A stretch of DNA of 15,107 bases from Bdellovibrionales bacterium (lineage in GTDB: Bacteria; Bdellovibrionota; Bdellovibrionia; Bdellovibrionales; UBA1609). This document shows positions 1 to 8,331 of this stretch, piece by piece (the first letter of the stretch is position 1; every line of letters starts with the position of its first letter). A program made the translations under genes and the position numbers. The stretch spans positions 1 to 15,107 of the forward strand of contig JBFWVI010000066.1 of NCBI GenBank assembly GCA_050246815.1, read 5' to 3'. The notes below the pieces were generated by a model. It did not search any database, was not told the DNA's origin, and saw only the letters and a list, made by a program, of their open reading frames with translations.

Positions 1-92
1 TTTTCCGCGTAGTCCAAAATCAACTCTTGAGCATGAAAGCGTGACAGTTGCCGGCGGCGATTGCGCAAACTGTTTTCAAACTGCTCATTCAT
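1..92 (-). CDS. 5' part of a gene running off the window edge (MNEQFENSLRNRRRQLSRFHAQELILDYAE...); hypothetical, possibly anti-sigma-like
   Basis: ATG at 92-90 overlaps the TGA stop (91-89) of the upstream gene as ATGA, and the frame is open to the window edge. 'AQELILDY' resembles the first helix of anti-sigma N-terminal domains, but only 30 codons are visible. Confidence 0.65.
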   Translation of the reverse strand, partial: MNEQFENSLRNRRRQLSRFHAQELILDYAE

Positions 93-553
93 GCGAGCGC
101 CTCGTGGTTGCCCATTTGAATTTGTCCTAACAGGAGCAAACCACGGGCAAGACGATGGCGAACTGTACCGACGGTTTCCTTTAACCCGGCTGCAACAACC
201 TCCACCGGCAGATTTAAAACCTTCACGGTGACCAGAACAAAAAATTCATCGCGACTGCCCGCGCGTCGAAACTCAAGCCATGGCCCCAGATCCAAATCTG
301 CCGGTACCAACCAATCTTGCTCAGAAAAAACCACTGGCTGCCCGGTCTGCGGGATATGTTCGAGTTTAGACCAGGCTTCTTGCAAAGCGGCCACAAGTAA
401 AATCGGCCCCTCTTTGCTGGCCGCTGTCGATTTTAAGATGCGCATGCGCCAATCAGCCACCGCCTTGGTGGACGCTAAAAAAGCCGCATGTTCATCTAAA
501 AGCGCCAGAAAGAAAAATCGGCTGATAGCTGCGACAACCCTGGCGTCGGTCAC
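89..553 (-). CDS. Degenerate ECF sigma factor-like protein with a C-terminal sigma70 region-4-type HTH (154 aa)
   Basis: GTG start 2 nt after the mreB stop. C-terminal 'LPVEVVAAGLKETVGTVRHRLARG' matches the ECF region 4.2 pattern (EIA..LG...GTVKSRL.RA). The region-2 DAED/Q motif is not recognisable. Confidence 0.7.
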   Translation of the reverse strand: MTDARVVAAISRFFFLALLDEHAAFLASTKAVADWRMRILKSTAASKEGPILLVAALQEAWSKLEHIPQTGQPVVFSEQDWLVPADLDLGPWLEFRRAGSRDEFFVLVTVKVLNLPVEVVAAGLKETVGTVRHRLARGLLLLGQIQMGNHEALA

Positions 554-555
554 TT

Positions 556-1653
<1,098 letters not shown>

Positions 1654-1676
1654 TTACTTCGAGAGGTTATCCCTCT

Positions 1677-1706
1677 ACTGTAGGCTTGTGACAAAATAAG
1701 AGTCAA
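1677..1706 (-). promoter_or_regulatory. Putative sigma70 promoter for mreB (TTGACT-N18-TACAGT)
   Basis: Minus strand reads TTGACT (1706-1701), 18 nt spacer, TACAGT (1682-1677), in the intergenic region upstream of mreB. Confidence 0.55.
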
Positions 1707-1767
1707 TACGAGAAGTTAGGTTGACTTTTTCACGACTTCCAAAGCAGGAACTTGGTAGAGGTTTTTC

Positions 1768-2217
1768 ATGTCGCATCAAGAAGTTTTAGATGGCCTTCAA
1801 AGTTTAGCACAGAAGCCCGTTTTTATAACAGCATTTAGCCATTTGCAGAGAGGCACTGAACTCGCATTAAGGCTGGACGATCGGCTCGAGTTTGCACTGT
1901 TTCGTCGCGACCACGAAGTTTGCGTCGAAGAGCGTCAGGCCACGGCGGACGTCGAGTTTATTTTTTCTTCGGAGGCCCTGCGCCAACTTCAAAACCATCC
2001 CGGCGAACAACTGGCAAGTTTTGGCATCGCGCTGTGCGAGCAGATTTTAGCTGGGCATATCCGCCTTCGTGTACGCGGGAGCATTTTGAAAATTCTGACA
2101 GGTGGTTATTTGCAAATGATTTTGGCGGCGGGGCCAGAGTTTCTGCAGTTTTTGGCGACGCATGGTATGACTAATGCCGCTAAAATTATGGATTTTATGC
2201 GCTCACTGAAAAAGTAG
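1768..2217 (+). CDS. Hypothetical protein, probably SCP2/sterol-carrier-like lipid-binding fold (149 aa)
   Basis: Clean ORF divergent from mreB with GAGG upstream. 'ADVEFIFSSEALRQL' and 'GHIRLRVRGS' resemble SCP2-type 'AD.t...s' and 'G.l.i.G' elements. Family call is tentative. Confidence 0.7.
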   Translation: MSHQEVLDGLQSLAQKPVFITAFSHLQRGTELALRLDDRLEFALFRRDHEVCVEERQATADVEFIFSSEALRQLQNHPGEQLASFGIALCEQILAGHIRLRVRGSILKILTGGYLQMILAAGPEFLQFLATHGMTNAAKIMDFMRSLKK

Positions 2218-2219
2218 CT

Positions 2220-3863
2220 TTAGACACGCCAGCCCATTTCTTGCTTCATTTCTTCGTCCCAAGCCTTAATCTGCTTGTTGAGCTCTGCGTCAGAAAGCCC
2301 TAGGTGGCGCTGAAAGACCCGACTCACAGCTTCGATCACGGGGCGGCCGTGGTCAGCCCGGCTCAGCACCAACGGGGTGCGCCGCAGCAAAAAGTCGGCA
2401 ACATTTTGGCAGGCGGTTTGATGGATCGCGTGGGCGGCCTCAAGGGCCCATAGTTTTTCTTCCCAATTATTCAAACCCACCATGTCGTCGGCATACTTTT
2501 GCAGGATCTGTGCACCCTCAGTGCCGTGTCGTTCAAATAGCGCACGCAACAAGAGCACGGGCTGATCAAAGTCGCGCAGCAATCTTTTTAGGCCCAGTTC
2601 TTTTTCGGTGTAAAGATCGCTTGTGATCAACGGGTTCAGCGGCTCAAGCGTGCGACTTTTTTGAAACTGCATTTGCTCTTCAAAAGAAAATTGTCCCAGG
2701 CAACTTTCCACCGCTTGTTCGGCCATCAAACGATAAGTGGTGTATTTGCCTCCCATCACAACGGTCAGCCCTCGCGCATCCGTTAAAATTTGATGTTCGC
2801 GGCTGGTTTTACTTTCAGTGGCAGATTGATCGTCCACCAAAGGACGCACACCCGAATAACTGGCCACAATATCGCGCTCTTTGATTTGCGCGGCAGGAAA
2901 ATAGTGATCGATCACTTGCAACAAATACTGAACGTCTTCGCGTGTGGTGTGCACAGAATAAGGATCCGCAGTGAAGTCGGTGTCGGTTGTGCCGACGATC
3001 ACCATTTCATGGCGGGGAATGCCAAACACAATCCGCTGCTCGGCGCCCATCACCACGGCCTGTTGCAGCGGTAGACGCTCGCGAGTGAAGGTCAAGTGCA
3101 CGCCTTTTGACGGGCGCATGTGCGGACGCCAATCCGGCAAAAGGTTGGGTGCCACTAAATCGGTCCAAGGCCCCACGGTGCTGACGAAATGGTGGGCTCG
3201 AATGGTCAGCTTTTGCCCACCTAGCTGATCCGTTGCTTGCACAGATTGAATTTTTCCGTCGGTTGTATGCGTAGCGCCTTCGGCCCGCACGTAGTTCACC
3301 GCCAAAGCACCAAAACGAGCGGCGGAGCGCAGGGTCTCAATCACCAGCCGATCATCGTCCATGTATGCATCCGAATAGGCAAACACCGCCTGCAGGTTTT
3401 TTTGGCTGAGCAGCGGCAGATGCTCTTTGACTTCGGCCTCGCTCATGCGCGCGGCTGGCTCGGGAGTTTCAAATAAGGCCAAGGCATCATATAAAAACAT
3501 CCCCAATCCCATCAGCCATGGACTGACCCGCCCGCCCTTATAGACCGGGATGGCAAAACGCAAGGGGTGCACCAGATGCGGCGCCAACTCAAACAGGCGC
3601 CGGCGCTCGCTGAGTGCCTCGAACACCAAACCAAATTCCATGTTTTCTAAATAACGAATCCCCCCATGGATCAACTTGCTCGAGCGGGAACTGGTGCCGA
3701 TCGCAAAGTCTTTTGCCTCAATCAGCGCCACCTTCATTCCGCGCGAGGCCGCGTCCCTGGCAATGCCGGCGCCATTGATGCCTCCGCCGATGATCAACAA
3801 ATCGAACACTTGGTTTTGCAAGGTTGTTAAATTTTTTGAGCGTGTCAACGCCGACAAACTCAT
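2220..3863 (-). CDS. glpD: FAD-dependent glycerol-3-phosphate dehydrogenase/oxidase (547 aa)
   Basis: IIGGGINGAGIARDAASRG, GTSSRSSKLIHGGIRYLE, GTTDT, SGVRPL, SREH and GGKYTTYRLMAE motifs. Start moved to ATG 3863, which overlaps the upstream GNAT stop (ATGA). Confidence 0.96.
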   Translation of the reverse strand: MSLSALTRSKNLTTLQNQVFDLLIIGGGINGAGIARDAASRGMKVALIEAKDFAIGTSSRSSKLIHGGIRYLENMEFGLVFEALSERRRLFELAPHLVHPLRFAIPVYKGGRVSPWLMGLGMFLYDALALFETPEPAARMSEAEVKEHLPLLSQKNLQAVFAYSDAYMDDDRLVIETLRSAARFGALAVNYVRAEGATHTTDGKIQSVQATDQLGGQKLTIRAHHFVSTVGPWTDLVAPNLLPDWRPHMRPSKGVHLTFTRERLPLQQAVVMGAEQRIVFGIPRHEMVIVGTTDTDFTADPYSVHTTREDVQYLLQVIDHYFPAAQIKERDIVASYSGVRPLVDDQSATESKTSREHQILTDARGLTVVMGGKYTTYRLMAEQAVESCLGQFSFEEQMQFQKSRTLEPLNPLITSDLYTEKELGLKRLLRDFDQPVLLLRALFERHGTEGAQILQKYADDMVGLNNWEEKLWALEAAHAIHQTACQNVADFLLRRTPLVLSRADHGRPVIEAVSRVFQRHLGLSDAELNKQIKAWDEEMKQEMGWRV

Positions 3864-4324
3864 AACTTGATCCTGGTGGTGGCCATTTCCCACCAGCCCT
3901 CCGCCGTGCGCTGGCCGCCCAAGGCTTTGGCCCAACCGGGGACTTGCTCGCTGTCGGCAAAAATCAATTTTTGAATGTGTTTGTCACGGCTCCACCGATA
4001 AAGCGTTTCAACCAAAGCCGCCCCCACAATCTCACTTGAAGCGTCCGCATACTCGGTCCAAACCGTTTGGGTGAAACCGCGAAAAAACAGCAATGGCTGC
4101 GCCAAGGCAAAACCCAAAATTTGCCCATTGGCGTCGACCGCGGCAAAGCTCCAACCCGATGCTAAATAATGTTGCAAAGCCTCGCCGCGCCAGGGGGCAG
4201 ACCATTGGGCAAACTCACGCTCCATGGCGTCTTCGATTTGCGCTTCCAGGCGCGCGCGGGCGAAGGCCAAAATGGCCTCCCCATCCTCGGGGCGAAGAAT
4301 ACGCATTTCAAAATTGCTGCCCAT
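3860..4324 (-). CDS. GNAT-fold (acetyltransferase-like) hypothetical protein (154 aa)
   Basis: 'MRILRPED' beta1, 'SFAAVDANGQILGFAL' beta2-beta3 and 'VGAALVETL' motif-A helix. The acetyl-CoA loop (R/QxxGxG) is degenerate. Coupled to glpD by an ATGA overlap. Confidence 0.75.
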   Translation of the reverse strand: MGSNFEMRILRPEDGEAILAFARARLEAQIEDAMEREFAQWSAPWRGEALQHYLASGWSFAAVDANGQILGFALAQPLLFFRGFTQTVWTEYADASSEIVGAALVETLYRWSRDKHIQKLIFADSEQVPGWAKALGGQRTAEGWWEMATTRIKL

Positions 4325-4341
4325 GGATATGCTTTATCAAT

Positions 4342-4370
4342 TTTACTTCTGGCTGGCTACAACCTAAGAT
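4342..4370 (+). promoter_or_regulatory. Putative sigma70 promoter for the HAD gene (TTTACT-N17-TAAGAT), probably leaderless
   Basis: TTTACT 4342-4347, 17 nt spacer, TAAGAT 4365-4370, then ATG at 4378 7 nt later with no clear Shine-Dalgarno. Confidence 0.5.
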
Positions 4371-4377
4371 GCGGCGG

Positions 4378-5124
4378 ATGGACGCCTTAACCCCCCCTCG
4401 CCTCCAAAAGCTAATGAAGGACCTCAAAACCGCCCGGGCCAAACATGGCCGCGCTATCGCCGCCTTCGATGCGGATGGAACGCTGTGGAACACCGATTTG
4501 GGCGAGGCCCTGTTTGACTTCCAAGTGCGCAACAAGCTTTTAAGCGGACTACCGCCCGACCCGTGGGGGCACTACCAGAACCTCAAGGTTCAGGTCTCGC
4601 ACGAAGTGGCCTATCTCTGGCTGGCCCAAATCAACAAGGGTTTGCCGCTGAAGCAAGTGCAGGAGTGGGCGCACAAAGCGGTGGCCGAAATGGCGCCGGT
4701 GCCCGTTTTTAAGGAGGTGCGCGCCCTCATCGACGAACTTCACGCTATGAATGTAGAAGTTTATATCGTCACGGCCTCGATCAAGTGGGCCGTAGAGCCA
4801 GGCGCGCCATTGCTTGGAATTTCTCCAGAAAATGTGATCGGCATTCGCACCCGCGTAGTGGATGGCCTTGTGACTGACAAACAAGAAGGCCCTATCACCT
4901 ACAAACAGGGAAAAGTAACGGGTCTTTTAGAGGCAACCGGTGGAGAGAAGCCCTTCTTTTGTGCTGGCAACACCGAAGGGGATTTGCCTTTGTTAGAAAG
5001 CGCCACGGATTTACGCTTGGTGATCGCAGGCTCGCCTGAAAATGACCGCAATTATGCCACTGAACGAAAAATGTTAGCCATCGCCCAAGACCGCGGCTGG
5101 TACGCGCAAAATTATTTGGCATAA
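4378..5124 (+). CDS. HAD-superfamily hydrolase, subfamily IB / phosphoserine phosphatase-like (248 aa)
   Basis: Motif I AAFDADGTLW, motif II IVTAS, motif III K (QGK), motif IV GNTEGD. The ORF-track extension to 4093 overlaps the GNAT gene, so the start is 4378 (or 4369). Confidence 0.9.
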   Translation: MDALTPPRLQKLMKDLKTARAKHGRAIAAFDADGTLWNTDLGEALFDFQVRNKLLSGLPPDPWGHYQNLKVQVSHEVAYLWLAQINKGLPLKQVQEWAHKAVAEMAPVPVFKEVRALIDELHAMNVEVYIVTASIKWAVEPGAPLLGISPENVIGIRTRVVDGLVTDKQEGPITYKQGKVTGLLEATGGEKPFFCAGNTEGDLPLLESATDLRLVIAGSPENDRNYATERKMLAIAQDRGWYAQNYLA

Positions 5125-5150
5125 AAAAGGCAACACCACGGGGCGCTGCC
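5123..5150 (-). terminator. Rho-independent terminator of the cyclophilin gene
   Basis: Minus strand GGCAGCGCC-CCGT-GGTGTTGCC-TTTTTT: 9-bp stem (two G:U pairs), 4-nt loop and U6 tail, 38 nt past the stop at 5189. Confidence 0.8.
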
Positions 5151-5188
5151 CGGTCTTGTCGACGCATCGCAGACGGAAAAAGAAGGGC

Positions 5189-5845
5189 CTACTTTTTGCG
5201 GACGGTTTTGATTACGACGGGGGTGTTGGGCACGTCTTCCATTTTGTTTTTCACGCCGGTGGGCACGACTTTGATTTTGTCGATCACATCGAGTCCCTTG
5301 GTGACTTTGCCGAAAACCGCATAACCGATGCCCATGGGCGAAGGATCACGGAAATCCAAGGCCGCATTGTCGACCACGTTGATGTAGAATTGAGCCGAAG
5401 CGCTGTTGGGATCCATAGTACGTGCCATGGCAATCGTGCCGCGTTTATTTTTTAAACCATTGCCGGCTTCGTTGGTGATCGGAGCGCGGGTGGTCTTTTC
5501 TTTCATTTTTTCGTCAAACCCGCCACCTTGAATCATAAACCCGTTGATTACACGATGAAAAATTGTGCCGTCGTAGTGTTTGGCTTCCACATACTTTAAA
5601 AAATTTTCGCTGCTGATCGGGGCCTTTTCGCCATCCAATTCAATTTCAATTTGGCCCATTGAAGTTTCCATCACGATTGTGGTCATTTTTTTTACTCCTG
5701 ATTTTTTATCTGCGGCTTTAGTTTTTTTGGGGGCTTCGGCTTGAGCAGCTTCTTTTTTGGGTTCTTTTGCCGTCTCATCGGCCGCATTGGCAACAGTTAA
5801 AAAGCCCGCAAAAGCGAAAATGGTCAAAATGTTCAAAATTTTCAT
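5189..5845 (-). CDS. ppiA: Cyclophilin-type peptidyl-prolyl cis-trans isomerase with signal peptide (218 aa)
   Basis: APISSENFLKYV, YDGTIFHRVINGFMIQGGG, GTIAMART, SAQFYIN and GYAVFGKV motifs. Signal peptide MKILNIL...ANA. SD (AAGGGGAG) precedes ATG 5845. Confidence 0.95.
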   Translation of the reverse strand: MKILNILTIFAFAGFLTVANAADETAKEPKKEAAQAEAPKKTKAADKKSGVKKMTTIVMETSMGQIEIELDGEKAPISSENFLKYVEAKHYDGTIFHRVINGFMIQGGGFDEKMKEKTTRAPITNEAGNGLKNKRGTIAMARTMDPNSASAQFYINVVDNAALDFRDPSPMGIGYAVFGKVTKGLDVIDKIKVVPTGVKNKMEDVPNTPVVIKTVRKK

Positions 5846-5959
5846 GAGTTTCTCCCCTTGTGGAGGAAAAATCTTGGGCACAAATTTGAGTTTTGTCTAC
5901 TGTGACTAGTTGTGCAGCGGGTTACTGGCATTTAAATTTCGTTTTTACCATGCAGCCTT

Positions 5960-5975
5960 GGCAGGCCCCATGCCA
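5960..5975 (-). promoter_or_regulatory. Possible sigma54 -24/-12 promoter upstream of the cyclophilin gene
   Basis: Minus strand TGGCATGGGGCCTGCC has exact GG-N10-GC spacing. The -12 element (CTGC) deviates from TTGC. Confidence 0.3.
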
Positions 5976-6029
5976 CAAGCTTCAGGCCTGAGTCTCCCGC
6001 CCCGAAGCCAGTCGCCCGATCCTGGGGGA

Positions 6030-7343
6030 CTAACTGCGAAGCGCTTCCAAATCCGCGATCTCTTTGGGCGCGCCGGATGTCATGACGTCCGCGCCGTCCG
6101 CGGTGACCAGCACATCGTCCTCGATGCGAATGCCAATGCCCCGCAACTCGGCCGGTGCCGCTGCATCATCGGCGGGGATGTAAAAGCCGGGCTCGATCGT
6201 GATCGCCATGCCGGGCTCAAGAACCCGGGATTGACCATTCACCTCGATCATTCCTGCATCGTGCACATCGGATCCCAGTAAATGACTAACACCATGGGGA
6301 TAATATTTTTTAAAGGCTTGGGTTTCGCGGATTTCACCGCGACTGCCTTTCAGCAAGCTTTCCTCCATCATGATTTCGATTAGACCATCGATGGTGATTT
6401 CTTGCAGCTCCGTCATGGGTAAGCCAGGTTGCACCTTTTTGCACAGATGCTTTTGCAACTCCAACACGCGGCCATACAGGCGTCGCTGTGTGGGGTTGAA
6501 CTTACCCGAAATTGGATATGTTCGGGTGATGTCACCGGTGTAGTATTCAAACTCGGCGCCCGCGTCGATCAACAGCAGCTCGCCATCTTTGAGCACTTGG
6601 TCGTTGAAAACATAGTGCAGCGTCGTCGCGGCCGCGCCACCAGCGACGATCGTGCCGTAACCTTCGCGGGCGGCTCCGCGGGTCATGATCTCTTTTAAGA
6701 AAATGCCATGCAGGGCGCGCTCGTTCATTCCTGGGCGGACCGCCTTCATGACTTCAACGTGGGCTTCTGCGGAAATCTGACAGGCCCTCTTCAGTGTTTC
6801 GGCCTCGTGATCGCTTTTGCGAATACGCATCTCGCCAATCAGTTGATAGCTGTCATAGATCGGCAGGATCCCGCGGCCGCTGCGGCGGCGCTTGCCTTGC
6901 GACATTTTTAAAGTCGTGGCCATGCGCGCGTCGATCTTGGCGTCTTTAAAAAGCGTGTAGTAGACCTTGTCGACATCGAGTAAAAGTTCACTGCAAATAC
7001 TTTCAAATTCGCTGATGGGGTAAGCCGCTTCAACGCCAAAGTGGCGCACCACGCCCTCGGGGCCGTAGCGAAAGCCATCCCAAGTCTCTCGCTCGACGTC
7101 GCGAACACGATTGAACATTACGGTTTCGGGCTTGCGACCGGGGCGAAAAACAAAAATCGACTCGGGCTCTTCAAAACCCGTTAAATAATACATGTTGGTG
7201 TCTTGGCGATATTGCTGATGCACATCATGATTGCGGATTTGTTCAGGATGCGCAGCTAGAATCACCGCCGCATTGGGGATGAGGCTCGCCAATCGTGCGC
7301 GACGCTCTTTGAAGATCTGCATATTCAAATGGGGCGTTCTCAT
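6030..7343 (-). CDS. pepP: Xaa-Pro aminopeptidase P (M24B family, 437 aa)
   Basis: N-domain YRQDTNMYYLTGFEEPES and WDG. Metal-site motifs IDAG, GDITRT, HGVSH..G.DVHD, TIEPG and GIRIEDD. SD AAGGAG upstream. Confidence 0.96.
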   Translation of the reverse strand: MRTPHLNMQIFKERRARLASLIPNAAVILAAHPEQIRNHDVHQQYRQDTNMYYLTGFEEPESIFVFRPGRKPETVMFNRVRDVERETWDGFRYGPEGVVRHFGVEAAYPISEFESICSELLLDVDKVYYTLFKDAKIDARMATTLKMSQGKRRRSGRGILPIYDSYQLIGEMRIRKSDHEAETLKRACQISAEAHVEVMKAVRPGMNERALHGIFLKEIMTRGAAREGYGTIVAGGAAATTLHYVFNDQVLKDGELLLIDAGAEFEYYTGDITRTYPISGKFNPTQRRLYGRVLELQKHLCKKVQPGLPMTELQEITIDGLIEIMMEESLLKGSRGEIRETQAFKKYYPHGVSHLLGSDVHDAGMIEVNGQSRVLEPGMAITIEPGFYIPADDAAAPAELRGIGIRIEDDVLVTADGADVMTSGAPKEIADLEALRS

Positions 7344-7353
7344 CGTGCACTCC

Positions 7354-8331
7354 TTAAAATCCGTATTTATCCGTCAAACGTTTTGCTGCTGCTTGGCCCG
7401 CCTTTTCGCCGGTCGCAAACAGTTCTTTGCGTCGGGCAAATTCATTCACGCCAATCTTGGTGGTGTCGACTTCGATCCAGTCGTCAACCTTAAGGCTGGC
7501 CGCGCGAAGATTGCGTCGAATCTCTTGCCACAGAATAACAGAAGCCGCGGAGTCCTGCAATTGGCGCGGGTCTAGTATGGCACCAGAATTCAAGACATTG
7601 ACCAAAACCACAACCTCAGCACCCCTTTTGCGCAGGCGATCTGCGGCTTCGGCCGCCGCGAAAGCTCCGGCCATACGGTTTTTTTGTACGTCATATAACG
7701 GCAAGTAAGGCAGGCAGTTTTCCACCGCTTGAGCTAGAGCCCCCGACTCGGCCCATTGCCAATCGGCATTTTGCAGGGCCTGGCTGGGGCAGCTAAACGA
7801 GATGTGGGTGCGCTGCACATCCATTTGCGCAAAGCTGTCTTTCAGATAATCGCGTAGTCCCGCTATTTCGGCCGCTTTTAGCTTCGAGGATAAAAAGCCC
7901 GTGCTGGGCATGTCTTGTTTTTCTAACTTGTACAATTTCCATTCCATTTCGTTGGCCTGCCCGCGTTGGGCAAATAAGCCGGCCACTAAAGAGCCCCACT
8001 CAAGGCCGATCACGTCCATAATCGGCACGCGCGCCCGTTGCAGCTCTTTAAGCACACCGGCTTGGGCCAGAGCCTTGGCCCCGCCTGGGCCCAAAATCAC
8101 CCCCACCTTTTTAGGACGCGCGGGTTTGGGCAAGGGTGAGCTGTCGGCGACCTCGCCATTGTCGCGGTCCCGAACATCAAAATCACTGTCATTGGTTGGA
8201 ACTGTGCGCTGCGGCATCTGAGGAGTTGCACGCCGCTCAAGCATCGAGCATCCCACCGTGAGCGCCACGCAAAATCCAACCCATATCATTCGTTTGCTGG
8301 CTTGCATAATCATCTCAAGGTTTTTCAGCAT
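7354..8331 (-). CDS. Patatin-like (RssA-type) lipoprotein, apparently catalytically inactive (325 aa)
   Basis: Lipoprotein-like signal ending LTVGC. Patatin N-terminal pattern 'VGVILGPGGAKALAQAGVLKEL'. The GxSxG position reads GLEWG. AGGAG inside tlyA lies 10 nt before ATG 8331; later ATGs (8313, 8307, 8289) are alternatives. Confidence 0.82.
   Translation of the reverse strand: MLKNLEMIMQASKRMIWVGFCVALTVGCSMLERRATPQMPQRTVPTNDSDFDVRDRDNGEVADSSPLPKPARPKKVGVILGPGGAKALAQAGVLKELQRARVPIMDVIGLEWGSLVAGLFAQRGQANEMEWKLYKLEKQDMPSTGFLSSKLKAAEIAGLRDYLKDSFAQMDVQRTHISFSCPSQALQNADWQWAESGALAQAVENCLPYLPLYDVQKNRMAGAFAAAEAADRLRKRGAEVVVLVNVLNSGAILDPRQLQDSAASVILWQEIRRNLRAASLKVDDWIEVDTTKIGVNEFARRKELFATGEKAGQAAAKRLTDKYGF

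Noticed and set aside
3864..3935. 24-aa N-terminal extension of glpD
   Set aside because: It lies inside the GNAT-like CDS. ATG 3863 gives a standard ATGA coupling.
4093..4377. N-terminal extension of the HAD ORF in the ORF track
   Set aside because: It is antisense to the GNAT-like gene and has Arg/Pro-rich shadow composition. The HAD motif I and a promoter fit a start at 4378.
5177..5197. AAAAAG...CTTTTT dyad around the cyclophilin stop as a terminator for the HAD gene
   Set aside because: The stem is almost all A:U and weak. The GC-rich hairpin at 5123-5150 is the convincing terminator, on the minus strand.
5686..5693. A-run in the cyclophilin gene as a frameshift or phase-variation tract
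   Set aside because: The frame is intact, and the run is explained by Lys-Lys-Met codons and the spacer of the internal start site.
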